Below are positions 1 to 12,023 of a stretch of 64,000 nt of DNA, one piece after another. Source of the DNA: Eledone cirrhosa (taxonomy: Eukaryota); NCBI GenBank assembly GCA_964016885.1, contig OZ024762.1, forward strand, positions 6,200,001-6,264,000, given 5' to 3'. The notes below the pieces were generated by a model. That model saw nothing but the letters and a program-made list of their open reading frames with translations. It had not been told where the DNA came from and searched no databases. Each line of letters begins with the position of its first letter. Within the stretch, counting starts at the first letter, position 1. Made by a program: the position numbers and the translations under genes.

Positions 1-39
1 ATTGATGTCCGAAAGGAGTCTTTACAACTACTTCACCTT

Positions 40-375
40 AGGCGGTGAATTGGCAGAGTCGTTAGAACATCAGATAGAATGCTTTGCAGTATTCGCTTCG
101 GTTCTCTACTCCCTGACTTCAAATCCCACTGAAGTCAACTTTGCCTTTCATCCATTTGAGGTTGATAAAAAAATGTACCAGTCTAATACTGGGGCCAATT
201 CTTCCACTGTGTCTCTTCCTCACTTCCATTCTCTCACTTTTTATCCTTCTCTGGAAAATATCTGCTGTATTCAGACGTGGAGAGGAGATGGTTTCTGCCA
301 GGTTTTAAAAAATACCCTAGAAATGCTGTATGTCAATATGGAACTCCTGCAGGAGATATGGGTCCATACATACAT
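40..375 (+). mobile_element. SINE family 2 variant with a different tail (inverted copy 11185-11530; others 44690-44990, 51800-52085, 62640-62935)
   Basis: Near-identical translated pseudo-ORFs at 2-409 and 11079-11576; tail 'ctggagaggagatggtttctgccaggttttaaaa'. Confidence 0.75.
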
Positions 376-511
376 ACACTTCACCTTGTCATATTATTTC
401 ATTGTTTAACATTATGTATATACTTGATTCTGTAGTTAACAATACAATGACATATATATACCCATGCAAGCGTGGAACACGGACGTTAAACGTTGATGAT
501 GATGATGATGA

Positions 512-554
<43 letters not shown>

Positions 555-1746
555 GGAATATAATCTTTCCACTAAATCAGATTTTATTTTGCTTTGATGA
601 GTTATTCACATCAAGTTCTAAAATGGTTATAAACTGTACCTTTATTAGGTAAAACACTAATGTATGTGTATATGTATGTATGTATGTGTGTACAGTTAGT
701 TTATGTCTCATAACTTAGTAACTTAATGGTTCAACAAATAGAGATTGATAAAATATGTACCAGGCATGAAATAAAATAAAATAAATACTGGAGTTGATAT
801 AATTGACTAAATCCTTTTGATGTGGTGCCCCAGCATGGCCACAGTCTAATGACTGAAATCAATAGAAAAATAAAGTTGGGTTTCCTATTCAATATTTCAT
901 TTTATTGAGATAAATATCAGAACTAAAATTATAGTTTTTCATTTTTCTATCTATTGGAATCCTTAAACATCATAATTATCTAATAATCTCAGACCTGATT
1001 TCATTAATCCCAATCTAACTTAGACATTGTGTTTATATTATATGTCTCGACATACCACTGATAATATGGATTAAATTAATCTCTTGTTAAGCATCTTAAC
1101 ATCTCTCCCTAGCCCCTCTCTCTCAAACCTCTCGAGATTTCATTTTCATTCCTAACTTACCTTCAGATCAGTTCAAGCCCCTAACTTTGGTTTAACCTTT
1201 TTTTGATACCAAACTGCTTGAAACCGTCCCTGGTTTTATGATCTTATTCTTCCTCTTCTTTGCTCACTTATTCCTTTGAGGTTTGTGGAGGCAGAGTCCT
1301 CAAGCACATATCCCAGTATGTCCTGTCAGAAGCAATCGTCACCAATTGTTATGTTATGTTCCTAACACCCCTGGTTTGATGATACTAAGCTGTTTATTTT
1401 AAAGTGCTTATATTTCTCTAAAACCCTATCATTATGATATGTAAGAACCTTTGTTAAATTATGTTCCAAACACCAACTTAATAATTTTTTCTACTTTTGG
1501 CACAAGACCAGCATTTTGATAGGAAGGTAAAATCGATTAAATCATCCCCATAAAGATGAAAGGCAAAGGTAACCTCAGCGGGATTTGAACTCAGAATGTA
1601 AAGGCTTGTAACTATATGCCGCAAAGCATGTTATCCAATACTCTACTGATACTGCCAATTCACCACCAAATAGTAACTTGATAATGAAATATTTTACTAA
1701 ATCTTCCAAATTATTATTTTCAAAATCATAGGCAGTGTCTTTCATC

Positions 1747-1955
1747 AGAAATATGGTAATGAAAGGGTTAAACATAGACAGTGTCTCTCTTTAGAAATAT
1801 GGTAATGAAAGGGTTAAACATAGACAGTGTCTCTCTTTAGAAATATGGTAATGAAAGGGTTAAACATAGACAGTGTCTCTCTTTAGAAATATGGTAATGA
1901 AAGGGTTAAACATTGGCTGTGTTTTCACCAAAAATATGGTAATGAAGAGGTTAAA
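1747..1955. repeat. 46-bp tandem repeat (~4 copies) of a piggyBac-type right terminus
   Basis: agaaatatggtaatgaaagggttaaacatagacagtgtctctcttt repeated. Confidence 0.85.
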
Positions 1956-2159
1956 ACATTGTAAATTCTAACAATCTATTTCTCTTCCAACTACATCAAT
2001 ATTAAGACTAAGGTACTCCAAATATAAAATAGCAAGACTTTTATATACATAGCCTCAGCAATGGAAAGACCAAAGGAAAAGACCAGCTTTTGACCTATTT
2101 TTCATTAAACTTTACGATATTTGATTTGGCTCAGTGTGTTCTGAGTTCAAATCCTGCCT

Positions 2160-2690
2160 GCTTCTGTCAGGAGTTGTGTTTGACAGATAGCATTAGTAAT
2201 GGAAAGACCAGTGGAAATATATTTTCCTTGGTTTGATCTGATGATCAGCTCCCTTCTTCTGCCAGGAGTTGTCCAACAGATAGCATTAGTAATGGAAAGA
2301 CCAGTGGAAATATATTTTCCTTGGTTTGATCTGATGATCAGCTCCCTTCTTCTGCCAGGAGTTGTCCAACAGATAGCATCAGTAATGGAAAGACCAATAG
2401 AAACATATTTTCCTTAGTTTGATTTGATGATCAGCTCCCTTCTTCTGCCAGGAGTTGTTATTGACTGTCAGTCAGCAATGTAAGCATTGTTTCCTTGTCT
2501 TCTCCCAGAAGTTAAGACTGACTGACAGATAATATCAGCAATGGAAAGTCTATTGGAAACAGTTTTTTGGTTCAATCTGATGATCAGTTCCTCTTTTCTG
2601 CCAGGAGTTGTGACTGATTGATAGTACCAGCAATGGAAAGACCAAGGGAAACAGTGTCTCCTTGGTTCAATCTGACAATCGGCTTCTTTT
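2160..2690. repeat. ~93-bp tandem repeat (~5 copies) of a SINE family 1 tail
   Basis: 'cagatagcattagtaatggaaagacc...gatctgatgatcagctcccttcttctgccaggagttgt' repeated. Confidence 0.85.
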
Positions 2691-4151
2691 CTTTTCCCTT
2701 TTCAGTAGATAAGCAAAGTACAAAATCCTACTTGTGTCAATTTTGACCCAATATCTTGTGAGTGAATTTTGTTAGACTGAAACTATTTGGAAGCCTGTTA
2801 AATGTACTGGACTTGTAATACAAAGTAGCAAATTTGTTGTACACTGTACCAAACTATATCTCCCTGAAAAATTATGTTATGGGTACTGGTGTCTATGGAA
2901 TGCTCAGCCACTTACATTATAATACAAGATGGACTGTAACTGTAATTCAAAGAGCCAGCCATGTCACACACTGTGTCATGCTGAATCTCCCTGAGAATTA
3001 TGTTATGGGTACATGTGCCTGTGGAATGCTGAATCATATTATGGACTGTACCTATAAAGGTCCAGCCTTGTCACACAGTGTCATAATCATCATCTTCATT
3101 ATGTTAAGGGTACACATGTTTGTGGAATGCTCAGACACTTGCTCATTAATTTCACAAGCAGACTGTTCCATTGATTTAACAACTGGTACATTCATCATCA
3201 AAACCAATGAAGGACCAATCCATATCTAAATCAATGTCTAAATCAATATCTTATCTCAAACTACTTGGTTCTATGATACAAAACTTTTTTTTTAATTGAA
3301 AATCCTTTTATCATAATTTTATGTTAGAACCTTTCCCAAACACCAACTTAATAATGAGAAAGCTAGATATATTGGTAAATCCTTCCAAATTTTTTATTAT
3401 TTTGAAAATGATTTGAAAATCATAGGAAGTGTCTTTCATTAGAAATATAATAATGAAAAGGTTAACGTATTTATATTTATCTAAAAACCTTCCATCATTA
3501 TTTTATGTAAGAACCTTTCAATCAATCGACAAAATCCCAGACCTCATTTGAGTACCGAGTGGGGTATAACTCATCAAATCAGAGCAAAGAAACAATGTTT
3601 CCATTGGTCTTTCCATTGCTGGTACTATCTACCGGTCGCAACTCCTGGCATGAGGAGCAATGTGAAATAAAGCGTTTGGCTCAAGGACATAACATATCGC
3701 CCAGTCTGGAAATTAAACTCACAACCTCGCGTTTGCAAATCCAATTGTCTAACCACTAAACTACATGCCTTCACAAGAACCTTTAGGTCGTTTCAAACAC
3801 CAGCTTAGTTACTTCATCATCATCATCATCATCATCACCGTTTTACGTCCGTTCTTCCACGCTAGCATGGGTTAGACGGGTTGTCCTGTTGTGGGCAGTG
3901 TCTGGTCGGCTGACCATGCCTTGCTCATACAGGAACTGATCTGGCTTGATTTCTACAGCTGGATGCCCTTCCTAACATATATTACTTATATTACTAAATC
4001 CCTAAAATTCTTATTTTCAAAATTATCAGAATCATTATTGTCATTTATTCAAAATATGGTAACGAAAGGGTTAAATTAATTTCTTCTTTTTACCTTTCTT
4101 TCCACAGATCTGTTGCTGTGATATTCATTTCCGGGCCTAACTCTCATAAAC

Positions 4152-4548
4152 ATGGATCAATTTTCAGAGTTTACCGCATACAAAAGGCTACTTCAGAGGA
4201 AAAATTTTTCAGCATGGATGCAGTCAGCTGCTTATAATTTCTCTAGTGCTCATAACATCCTCCAAGATTTCACTGAAACTTTCTATTTATTCAATAATTT
4301 TCAAGACTTTGTTCTTGTTATGTTGTATGTTCCGATATTTGTGACAGCACTCTGCGGCAATATCCTCATAATAATGTCAGTTTTAAAGGATGTGTCATGG
4401 TGCAAAGCAAGGAATTTCTTTCTCTTCAATTTATCTGTTGCTGACCTTTGCGTTACACTCATTTGCATGCCTATGGCAGTAGGTATGCTTATCTACCGAC
4501 TGTGGATTTACGGGCAGTTTCTTTGTAAAGTTACTGCATTTATGCAAG
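4152..4548 (+). CDS. Class A (rhodopsin-like) neuropeptide GPCR, orexin/allatotropin/QRFP-receptor-like, coding exon 1 (N-terminus to TM3)
   Basis: ATG at 4152. TM1 'GNILII', TM2 'NLSVADLCVTLICMP', ECL1 'WIYGQFLCK'. Donor CAAG|gtaagt at 4548/4549 (phase 1). An upstream acceptor (tccacag| at 4107) implies a non-coding 5' exon. Confidence 0.9.
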
Positions 4549-5409
4549 GTAAGTCTTGAAGTTTATACTCTCAATTATTTAAATTTTTTGATACCAAACT
4601 GCCTGGAACCATCCCAGGTTCTATAATATAAAGCCATATGTTTTAACCCTTTCATCACTGTATTTCTAATAAGACACACTCTATTTCAATTAATCAACTC
4701 TTATCCTGTAATGATTTAATAGAAAATATTTAAAAACAGCCTTGTTAATTGAAATGTTTACAGTATTTTTACTGGTGGACATATTGCTGTGGAAATTTGC
4801 AGTATTAGAATAAAGGCTTTAATATGTAATTGTTTCTACTTATGGCACAAGGCCAGCAATTACCCAGTACATTACTGGTACTTTATTTTATCGACCCTGT
4901 AATATGATGTGGTCATAATGTTGTTTTGTACTTTTACAACAATGGCTAGCTAATGTGGTTTCATGTGATTTGTTAATTCAAATGTTTATAGTATCTTTAC
5001 TAGTGGACATATTATTGTGAAAATTGGCAATATTAGAGTTAAAGACTTTAATTTCTAATGCGATGCAGTTGGCATGGTGTTTTGTTGTACTTTTTCAAGA
5101 ATGTCTTGCTAATGTGGTTTCATGCAGTACAGGATGTCAATTGTTGATGAAGTAGTTTGAGGGTTAAAATAATATGAGGTAGAGAGTAAGAAAGATAGTG
5201 AAGGAGAATGTGTGTGTATGAGAGAGAGAGGGGGTGAAATGTGCCAGAGAAAGATAGAGAGGCAGAAAGAAAGGGAGGATGAGAGAGAAGCAGAATGTTT
5301 GTGTCTGATGTAGAGAGAGAGAGGGAGAGAGAGAGGGGGTGAGTTAAAGAGAATGTGAAATAAAACATGAAAGAGAAATTATTTTATTACTAACATACTA
5401 ACTTAACAT

Positions 5410-6130
5410 CTCTCATCTCATCTCATCTCATCTGTCCCCTAGTCTGGACTGTTGGGGCGCCACAGATGACCTGGCAGCCAGCTTCCTCCATCCCTCTCGC
5501 CTCTCTGCCCTCTTCATGGTTGCACTCAGTTTCATGCCTGTCCATTCTGGGATGTTGTCCACCCATCTCTTTTTCTGTCTGCTTCTCTTCCTTCCTCCTT
5601 GTATTGTTCCCTGCAGGACAGTCCTTGCAAGCCCTGAAGATCTTGTCAGGTGCCCGTACCATCTCAATTTGTGTTTCTTTACAATGGTCAGTAAGTCTTC
5701 ATAAGGACCGATGGCTTGCCAAACTCTGTTTCGCACCTCCTCATTAGAGATGCAATCTCTGTAGGTGATGTCAAGGAGCTTTCTGAAGCATCTCATCTCC
5801 GTAGCCTGTATCCTCCATGTCCGACCACAGCTGATAACCTCCAACTAGGGGGCTCATCTTGGTCACAAACTTGTGGTTGTTGTAGGTCATCTGGGAACTC
5901 GTCCACTTGGGCCAGTGACCTCCACTGCGGAGATCCTTCACCCAGTGGTGCTGTGTTAACACCACTCCCTCACAGGGTTTGGCCTGCCAGCTGAAGTGGT
6001 TTACCAGGACATGGTGCTTGGTGCCACATGTGAGAGATTTAGAGGATGGAGGACCAGTGAAGCCCGTTCACCCGAAGGTGCAGCGTGCCAGACAACAAAT
6101 GTACTACCCCTATTCAGAGTCCCCTATCCT
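5410..6130 (-). mobile_element. Bipartite (internally deleted) non-autonomous RTE-clade LINE derivative
   Basis: RT C-terminus 'RIQATEMRCFRKLL...LRWYGHLTRS...GGRKRSRQKKRWVDNI' with (GAGAT)n tail, fused to a GC-rich 5'UTR-like segment. 8-bp TSD cttaacat at 5402-5409 and 6131-6138. Confidence 0.8.
5966..6130 (-). ncRNA. Candidate HDV-like self-cleaving ribozyme at the element 5' end
   Basis: Hand-folded P1, P1.1, P2, P3 and P4 occur in HDV order. C(UUCG)G hairpin in J1/2. See findings. Confidence 0.6.
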
Positions 6131-6689
6131 CTTAACATACAGTTCTTATATAAAATTATGTTGGAAAATTTTAATTTAAATAGGAATCCTTTAAAATGAG
6201 TGGTTTTGTTTCATAGAATCTGAGAGTTAATGAAAGGTTTTGAAGGATTTACTATAATTAATTATTTCATTACTAAGATAGCAACCTAACATATAGTTCT
6301 TATATAAAACTATTTTGGAAGAGTTTAATTTAAATAGAAACCCTTTAAAATGGGTGGTTTTATTGTATAGGGCCAAAATCAGATTTGGCTGGTTGGTAAG
6401 GTAAGGGTTAACATTTTTGTTTTTAACATCATAAGTTTATGTTAGAAAATCTTATTAAGTTACAACTTCACAATGTGAGCTATCTTATTAAAGCCCTATA
6501 AATTTTTGATTGTTATTTTCAAAATTAATTGAAATGCAATTAATTTCAAAATTAATTGAAACACAGATGGTGTATTTCATTTCAAATACAGAAACAAAAC
6601 ATGTTATTAAATGGTACAAAAAAAGGAAAGGAAACGAAAAGAAAAAGAAAAAAAGAATTAAGCAACAAAGAAAGGGAAAGGGGGAGGGA

Positions 6690-6990
6690 CAGACATTTCA
6701 CCCCAGTCAAAATATCAGTCTCAGTTGCACCCCAAGGACAAAATATCAAAGGCATTACCTCAAGGTGCTCCTTCTTCAAGCTGGCCACCGTCTCTCCAGC
6801 TTTACGGATAAAAGCAGCAATCCCAAAACTAAGAACATTAGAAGTTTCGATGGAGATTATTACAAAGAGGAAGCAGTTGGTCAGGCCCTGGTATTTGACT
6901 ATCTCCTTGTCCGTTGCATTGCGAGCAGTGGAGCCTGGGTTTGTGGTCAAAGTGACATGGTTGGAGGATAACAAACAATGAAAGCGTTAA
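6690..6990 (-). mobile_element. CRE-clade non-LTR retrotransposon 3' remnant (restriction-like endonuclease region)
   Basis: 'PGSTARNATDKEIVKYQGLTNCFLFVIISIETSNVLSFGIAAFIRKAG' resembles the CRE REL-domain pattern GSAA..AE..K..KY..L...F.F.P.A.ET.G. Confidence 0.6.
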
Positions 6991-7604
6991 AAGTTATAAC
7001 ATCAGATAGAATGCTGTGTGGCCTTCATTCTGGCTCTTTGCTCTCTCAGTTCAAACTCTTTCAATGTCAACTTTACATTTCACTATTTCAAGATCAATAA
7101 AAAGTACCCTAGTCATGTACTGGGGGTGGTTCTTCTATATCTCTTTCTTACTTCCTCTCTCAGACACACACACACACATTCTTACACACAATCTACATCT
7201 CTCTCTCTCTCTCTCTCTCCTTCTCTCTCTCCTTCTCTGGGCGAAATCAGTTGTGTTCAGACTTGGTGGAGTCACAACAGCACCTCTATGACCCCATTGG
7301 GAATTATGGCTCCTTACATACATAGAGAACTAGAGATTATTTTGACTGTAGTATAGAGAGTGGTGGTGGTGGTGGTGTAATAATGACAACAACAACAGCA
7401 ATGATTATGAAGACATTGACTATGACAACAATGCAATTATTAAACTGTCTGCTGTGCATAGATTTTTAGGACAGGACAAGACAGGTAGTTTTGGCTCTTC
7501 TCCAACATCCATTCATCTATCTTACTATCCATTCATCTAACCATGTATACATCCATTTAACCATCCACCCACCAACCCATCTATCCTTCCATCCATCCAT
7601 CAAA

Positions 7605-7637
<33 letters not shown>

Positions 7638-7644
7638 CACCCAA

Positions 7645-8612
7645 GAATGGCCCGTGTGAATGGGCCTTCACTCTACATCAGACTATAGGTGAGGAAGATG
7701 AAAGACCAAGGGAGCACCCCTTCTCTGTGCTCCTGAGGAGAAGGGTTGCACACTTTTTTTCGGGGGTGTGTGCGACCCCCCAAGGCGCCTCCTCTCTATT
7801 GAGGACTTTGTTATAAATTTTATTTTTTGTTATATTTTATTTTATTTTTATATATTGTTATTGCCTCCTCCTTATTGAGGATGCCTTGTTTTGTAAACTC
7901 CCCCCATTGTACTTGTCCCACTTTTGATGCCCTGGTGGAAAATAAAAGAAACATATCTATCTATCCACCCACCCATCTATCTATCTATCTATCTATCTAT
8001 CCAATTGTACACTCCCCGGGTGTAACTGACCTGTGGAACTATGCAGAACAACTGCTGTCGCGTATGGGACAAATCCAGTTGACTGCCGAGTCCATAGTAA
8101 GGATCAAACCGCCAGCCTCTTCCAAAAACGAAAGAGAGGCAGTTTTCCTCTGTACGGTGGCTATGGTGAAAGAAGTTATATGATGGACGAGGTTGAGAGG
8201 ACTGAGGACAGATGCCTTTCTCTCCGGACAACAATTGATTTCCTTCTTTAAGTATCACTTTAGAATGAGAATCAGGGTAGAGAGAGAGGCACTGCACCCC
8301 AGTAAATTTACTGAAAGGTGGGAGAATGAAGCGAAAATGGCCCGAGTGATTGGGCCTTCTCTGTTTATAAGCCTGTAGGTTGAAGAAGAGAGCAAAAGGA
8401 AGAAAGGAGCACTTGCACAACATGCTCTTGGAGTTGAGGGTTGTTCTATCGACGGGGTATTAAACAACCCATTTGTGGCGCCTCCCCCCTATTGGGGATT
8501 TCGATTGTTGTAATTGTTTGTTTTTATATTTTTTACACGACTGTATGTAAAATCCTCGGCATGTCTTTGTATTGTCCTCTTTTCTTGTGCGCCCTTGTGG
8601 CTAATAAAGAAA
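7645..8612 (+). mobile_element. Two 5'-truncated L1/Tx1-like LINE 3' ends embedded in TCTA/TCCA microsatellite
   Basis: ORF ends 'MARVNGPSLYIRL*' and 'FFKYHFRMRIRVEREALHPSKFTERWENEAKMARVIGPSLFISL*'. Each ends AATAAA(A)GAAA followed by (TCTA)n. Confidence 0.6.
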
Positions 8613-8939
8613 TCTATCTATCTATCTATCTATCTATCCACCCATCCATCTACTCATTGTTTGCTGCCTGTTGTTGGATCTATGCGATCTCCAACAAGGA
8701 GTGTTCCAGTTGTATGGTGAATGGCACAGCCAGCTCATGAAATTGAAATGCAAGTGACTGAGCATTCCACAGACAGGAGAAGTCTTTAATATAATTCTCA
8801 GAGGGGTTTGGGTATGACACAGTCTGTGATAAAGTCGCCCCTTCGAATTATAGGTACAACTCCTTTATTTTTCCTGCTGATTGCTGTCACTGGAGCAACA
8901 TGGAATAAAGTATCTTGCTGAAGGACACAATGCACTGCC

Positions 8940-9615
8940 CAATCTAGGAATCAAACACACAATTTTACAATCGTGAGCTGAAAACCCTAACCATTACGCA
9001 AGGCGTCATCACCACATGCTGGTCATGGAAGCAAACACAAATTTACAATCTTGAGCTGGACATCCTAACCACTAGGCTATGTGTGTTCACCACTGGCTGG
9101 CCTTGGAATCAAACTCACAACTTTACAGACTTGAACTGAAAACCCTAACCATTAAGCCACAACATGTTGTTTGTCTGGGAATCAAACTCACAACTTTACA
9201 ATCTTAAGCTGGGCACACTAACCACTAAGCCACACAATATGTTACTTGATCTCAGGAATCAAACTCACAACTTTACTGGACATACTAATCAACTAAGCCC
9301 ACATTGTTCACCACCGGCTGGTCTGGGAATCAAGCATATAACCTTACCATCTTAAGCTGGATATCCTAACCACAAAGCTACCAGTGTTCACCACTGGCTG
9401 GTCTGGGAATCAAATTCACAACTTTACAGCATTGAACACCCTAACCACTAGGTCACACAATATGTTGCTTGGCCTAAGAACTGAACTCACAATTATACAC
9501 CTTGACCACTAAGCGATGAGTCATCACCACTGGCTGGTCTGGGTATCAAACTCACAACCTTACAATGTTAAGCTAGATACACTAGCCACTATGCTAGCAC
9601 TGTTCACCACTGGCT
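8940..9615 (-). repeat. Degenerate ~75-bp tandem array of tRNA-SINE heads (~9 units)
   Basis: Each unit reads GTGGCTTAGTGGTTAG...GTTGTGAGTTTGATTCC on the minus strand. Confidence 0.75.
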
Positions 9616-9721
9616 ACCTGCCTCACGCTACAATAATCCCAGATCATTACAGCGGCTAATTTGTTAAGAAGCCTAAGGTTAGTTAGTAGTGTGAGATTTC
9701 AGTTAATCCGAATGAAATATC

Positions 9722-10440
9722 TGGTGTAGTGGTGATGGTGGTGGTGGTGTAGTTGTGGTGGTAGTGGTAGTAGCGTAGTTGTGGTGGTGGTGGTGGTGGT
9801 AGTGTAGTTGTGGTGGTGGTGGTCGTGGTGGTGGTAGTAGCGTAGTTGTGGTGGTGGTGGTAGTGTAGTTGTAGTGGTGTAGTTGTGGTGGTGGTGGTCG
9901 TGGTAGTGGTAGTAGCGTAGTTGTGGTGGTGGTGGTGGTGGTAGTGTAGTTGTGGTGGTGGTGCTGGTGGTAGTGGTGGTAGTGTAGTTGTGGTGGTGGC
10001 GGTGGTGATGATAGTGTAATTGTGGTGGGGGTGGTAGTGAAGTTGTGGTGGTGGTGGTAGTGAAGTTGTGGTGGTGGTGGTAGTGCAGTTGTGGTGGTGG
10101 TGGTGGTGGTAGTGTAGTTGTGGTGGTAGTGGTAGTGTAGTTGTGGTGGTAGTGTAGTTGTGGTAGTGTAGTTGTGGTGGTGGTGGTAGTGTAGTTGTGG
10201 TGGTAGTGTAGTTGTGGTGGTGGTGGTGGTGGTAGTTGTGGTGGTGGTAGTGTAGTTGTGGTGATGGTGGTGGTGGTAGTGTAGTTGTGGTGGTGGTGGT
10301 GGTGGTAGTGTAGTTGTGGTGGTGGTGGTAGTGTAGTTGTGGTGGTGGTGGTAGTGTAGTTGTGGTGGTGGTGGTGGTAGTGATGTAGTAGTAATGGTAG
10401 TGGTGGTTGTACTAGTGGTGGTGTAGTGGCGGAGGTGGTA
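9722..10440. repeat. Compound (GTG/GTA)n microsatellite
   Basis: gtagtgtagttgtggtggtg higher-order units. Confidence 0.95.
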
Positions 10441-11596
10441 TCTGCAAACATTAAACAATACAGAGACCATAAGAGAGATATCAGCAGATTTGGTTTTCCT
10501 AACCTCGTTACCATTAATTAATTGTTTCTACTTTTGGCACAAGGCCAGCAATTACCCAGTACATTACTGGTACTTTATTTTATCGACCCCGTAAGGATGA
10601 AAGGCAAAGTTAACCTCGGCGGGATTTGAACTCAGAATGGCATGGGCCGTAACTCTATGCGTCAAGGCATGGCGTCCGACCCTCTACCGATACTGCCAAT
10701 CCACCGCCATTAATTAATGTTTATGGGCCTTTACGTTCTGAGTTCAAATCCCGCTAAGGTTAACTTTGCCTTTCATCCTTACGGGGTCGATAAAATAAAG
10801 TACCAGTAATGTACTGGGCAATTGCTGACCTTGTGCCAAAAGTAGAAACAATTAATTAATGTTTATTAAACATCAATATTTTCAAACACAGCACCTACTT
10901 AATTAACAGTCAATTATTAATAACTGAGATTTCGTTTTTCCTTTTATGATTTTTTAGCCTTGCTTGAAAAATGTCTGGTGTGTAGATGGCGAAACTGAAT
11001 TTCTGCTGGGCTTAAATACCTGTATGTTTTGTGATAGCTATTTCTGGTTATAACATCATACTTATTTTGGCTTGCAGTTCAATAGTTCAATATCCACAGA
11101 TTTACCTGGAATAAATTTGCCAAACATATATTTTCTTCTTGTCCCTTCCCTCCCCCAAATTTGCCAGCCTTGTGCCGATGTTGTATGTATGTATGGACCC
11201 ATATCTCCTGCAGGAGTCGTAGGAGTTCCATATTGATATACAGCATTTCTAGACTAGCACTTTTAAAATCCTGGCAGAAACCATCTCCTCTCCAGGTCTG
11301 AATACAGAAGATTTCTTCCAGAGAAGGATAGAAAGTGAGAGAATGGAAATGAGGAGGAGGCAGTGGAAGAATTGGCCCCGGTATTAGACTGGTACATTTT
11401 TTATCAACCTCGAATGGATGAAAGGCAAAGTTGACCTCAGTGGGATTTGAAGTCAGGGAGTAGAGATTCGAAGTGAATACTGCAAAGCATTCTATCTGAT
11501 GTCCTAACGACTCTGCCATTTCGTCGCTTATTGTGTCTAAGTTAGAAATCAATAATACTATATATTTTATTGACATAAAAAAAATAGTATTGATTG

Positions 11597-11928
11597 TGTA
11601 GTGACTAGCGCCACCTTTGTCCGGGGAACAAAACTAATTTGGAGTTACTTCCCCGTGGTCCGAATATAAGGGAGTGTTCTGGCGCCTCTCTCTCTCTTGC
11701 AGCTTGACCTTGCTAAGATAAACACCAATTCTTCTTTTTCTCCGCAAGCACGAACAATATGTAACGACAAAACATTACTATGGGCCTGGCCAACACCTCA
11801 GCCAGTCGACCAAACTTTCCTTACAATCTTAATTGGTTTATTTCATTTCTTTTGGCATGCCAGCTTAATCCACCTCTTAACCTTTGTTAATAAATTATGT
11901 AAAAACTTGCTAAAGTCTTGGTGATACA
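11597..11928 (+). mobile_element. Possible solo LTR (related segment ~55500-55675)
   Basis: TGTA...TACA ends, internal TATAA (11664) and AATAAA (11889). The 3' part is similar to 55570-55670. No clear TSD. Confidence 0.35.
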
Positions 11929-12023
11929 TATATTATATCTTATTACTAAAAAAGATTTACAGAGCTTCAGTGTTATTAAATTTTGCTGATATATATAAAT
12001 ATATTTTCTTCTTTTATTTTTAG

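Noticed and set aside
2-409. 135-aa ORF with a similar ORF at 11079-11576
   Set aside because: Both are translations of the same SINE family, not a gene pair.
9699-10514. Long His/Pro/Thr-rich ORFs
   Set aside because: Translation of a (CAC/TAC)n microsatellite; no splice or domain support.
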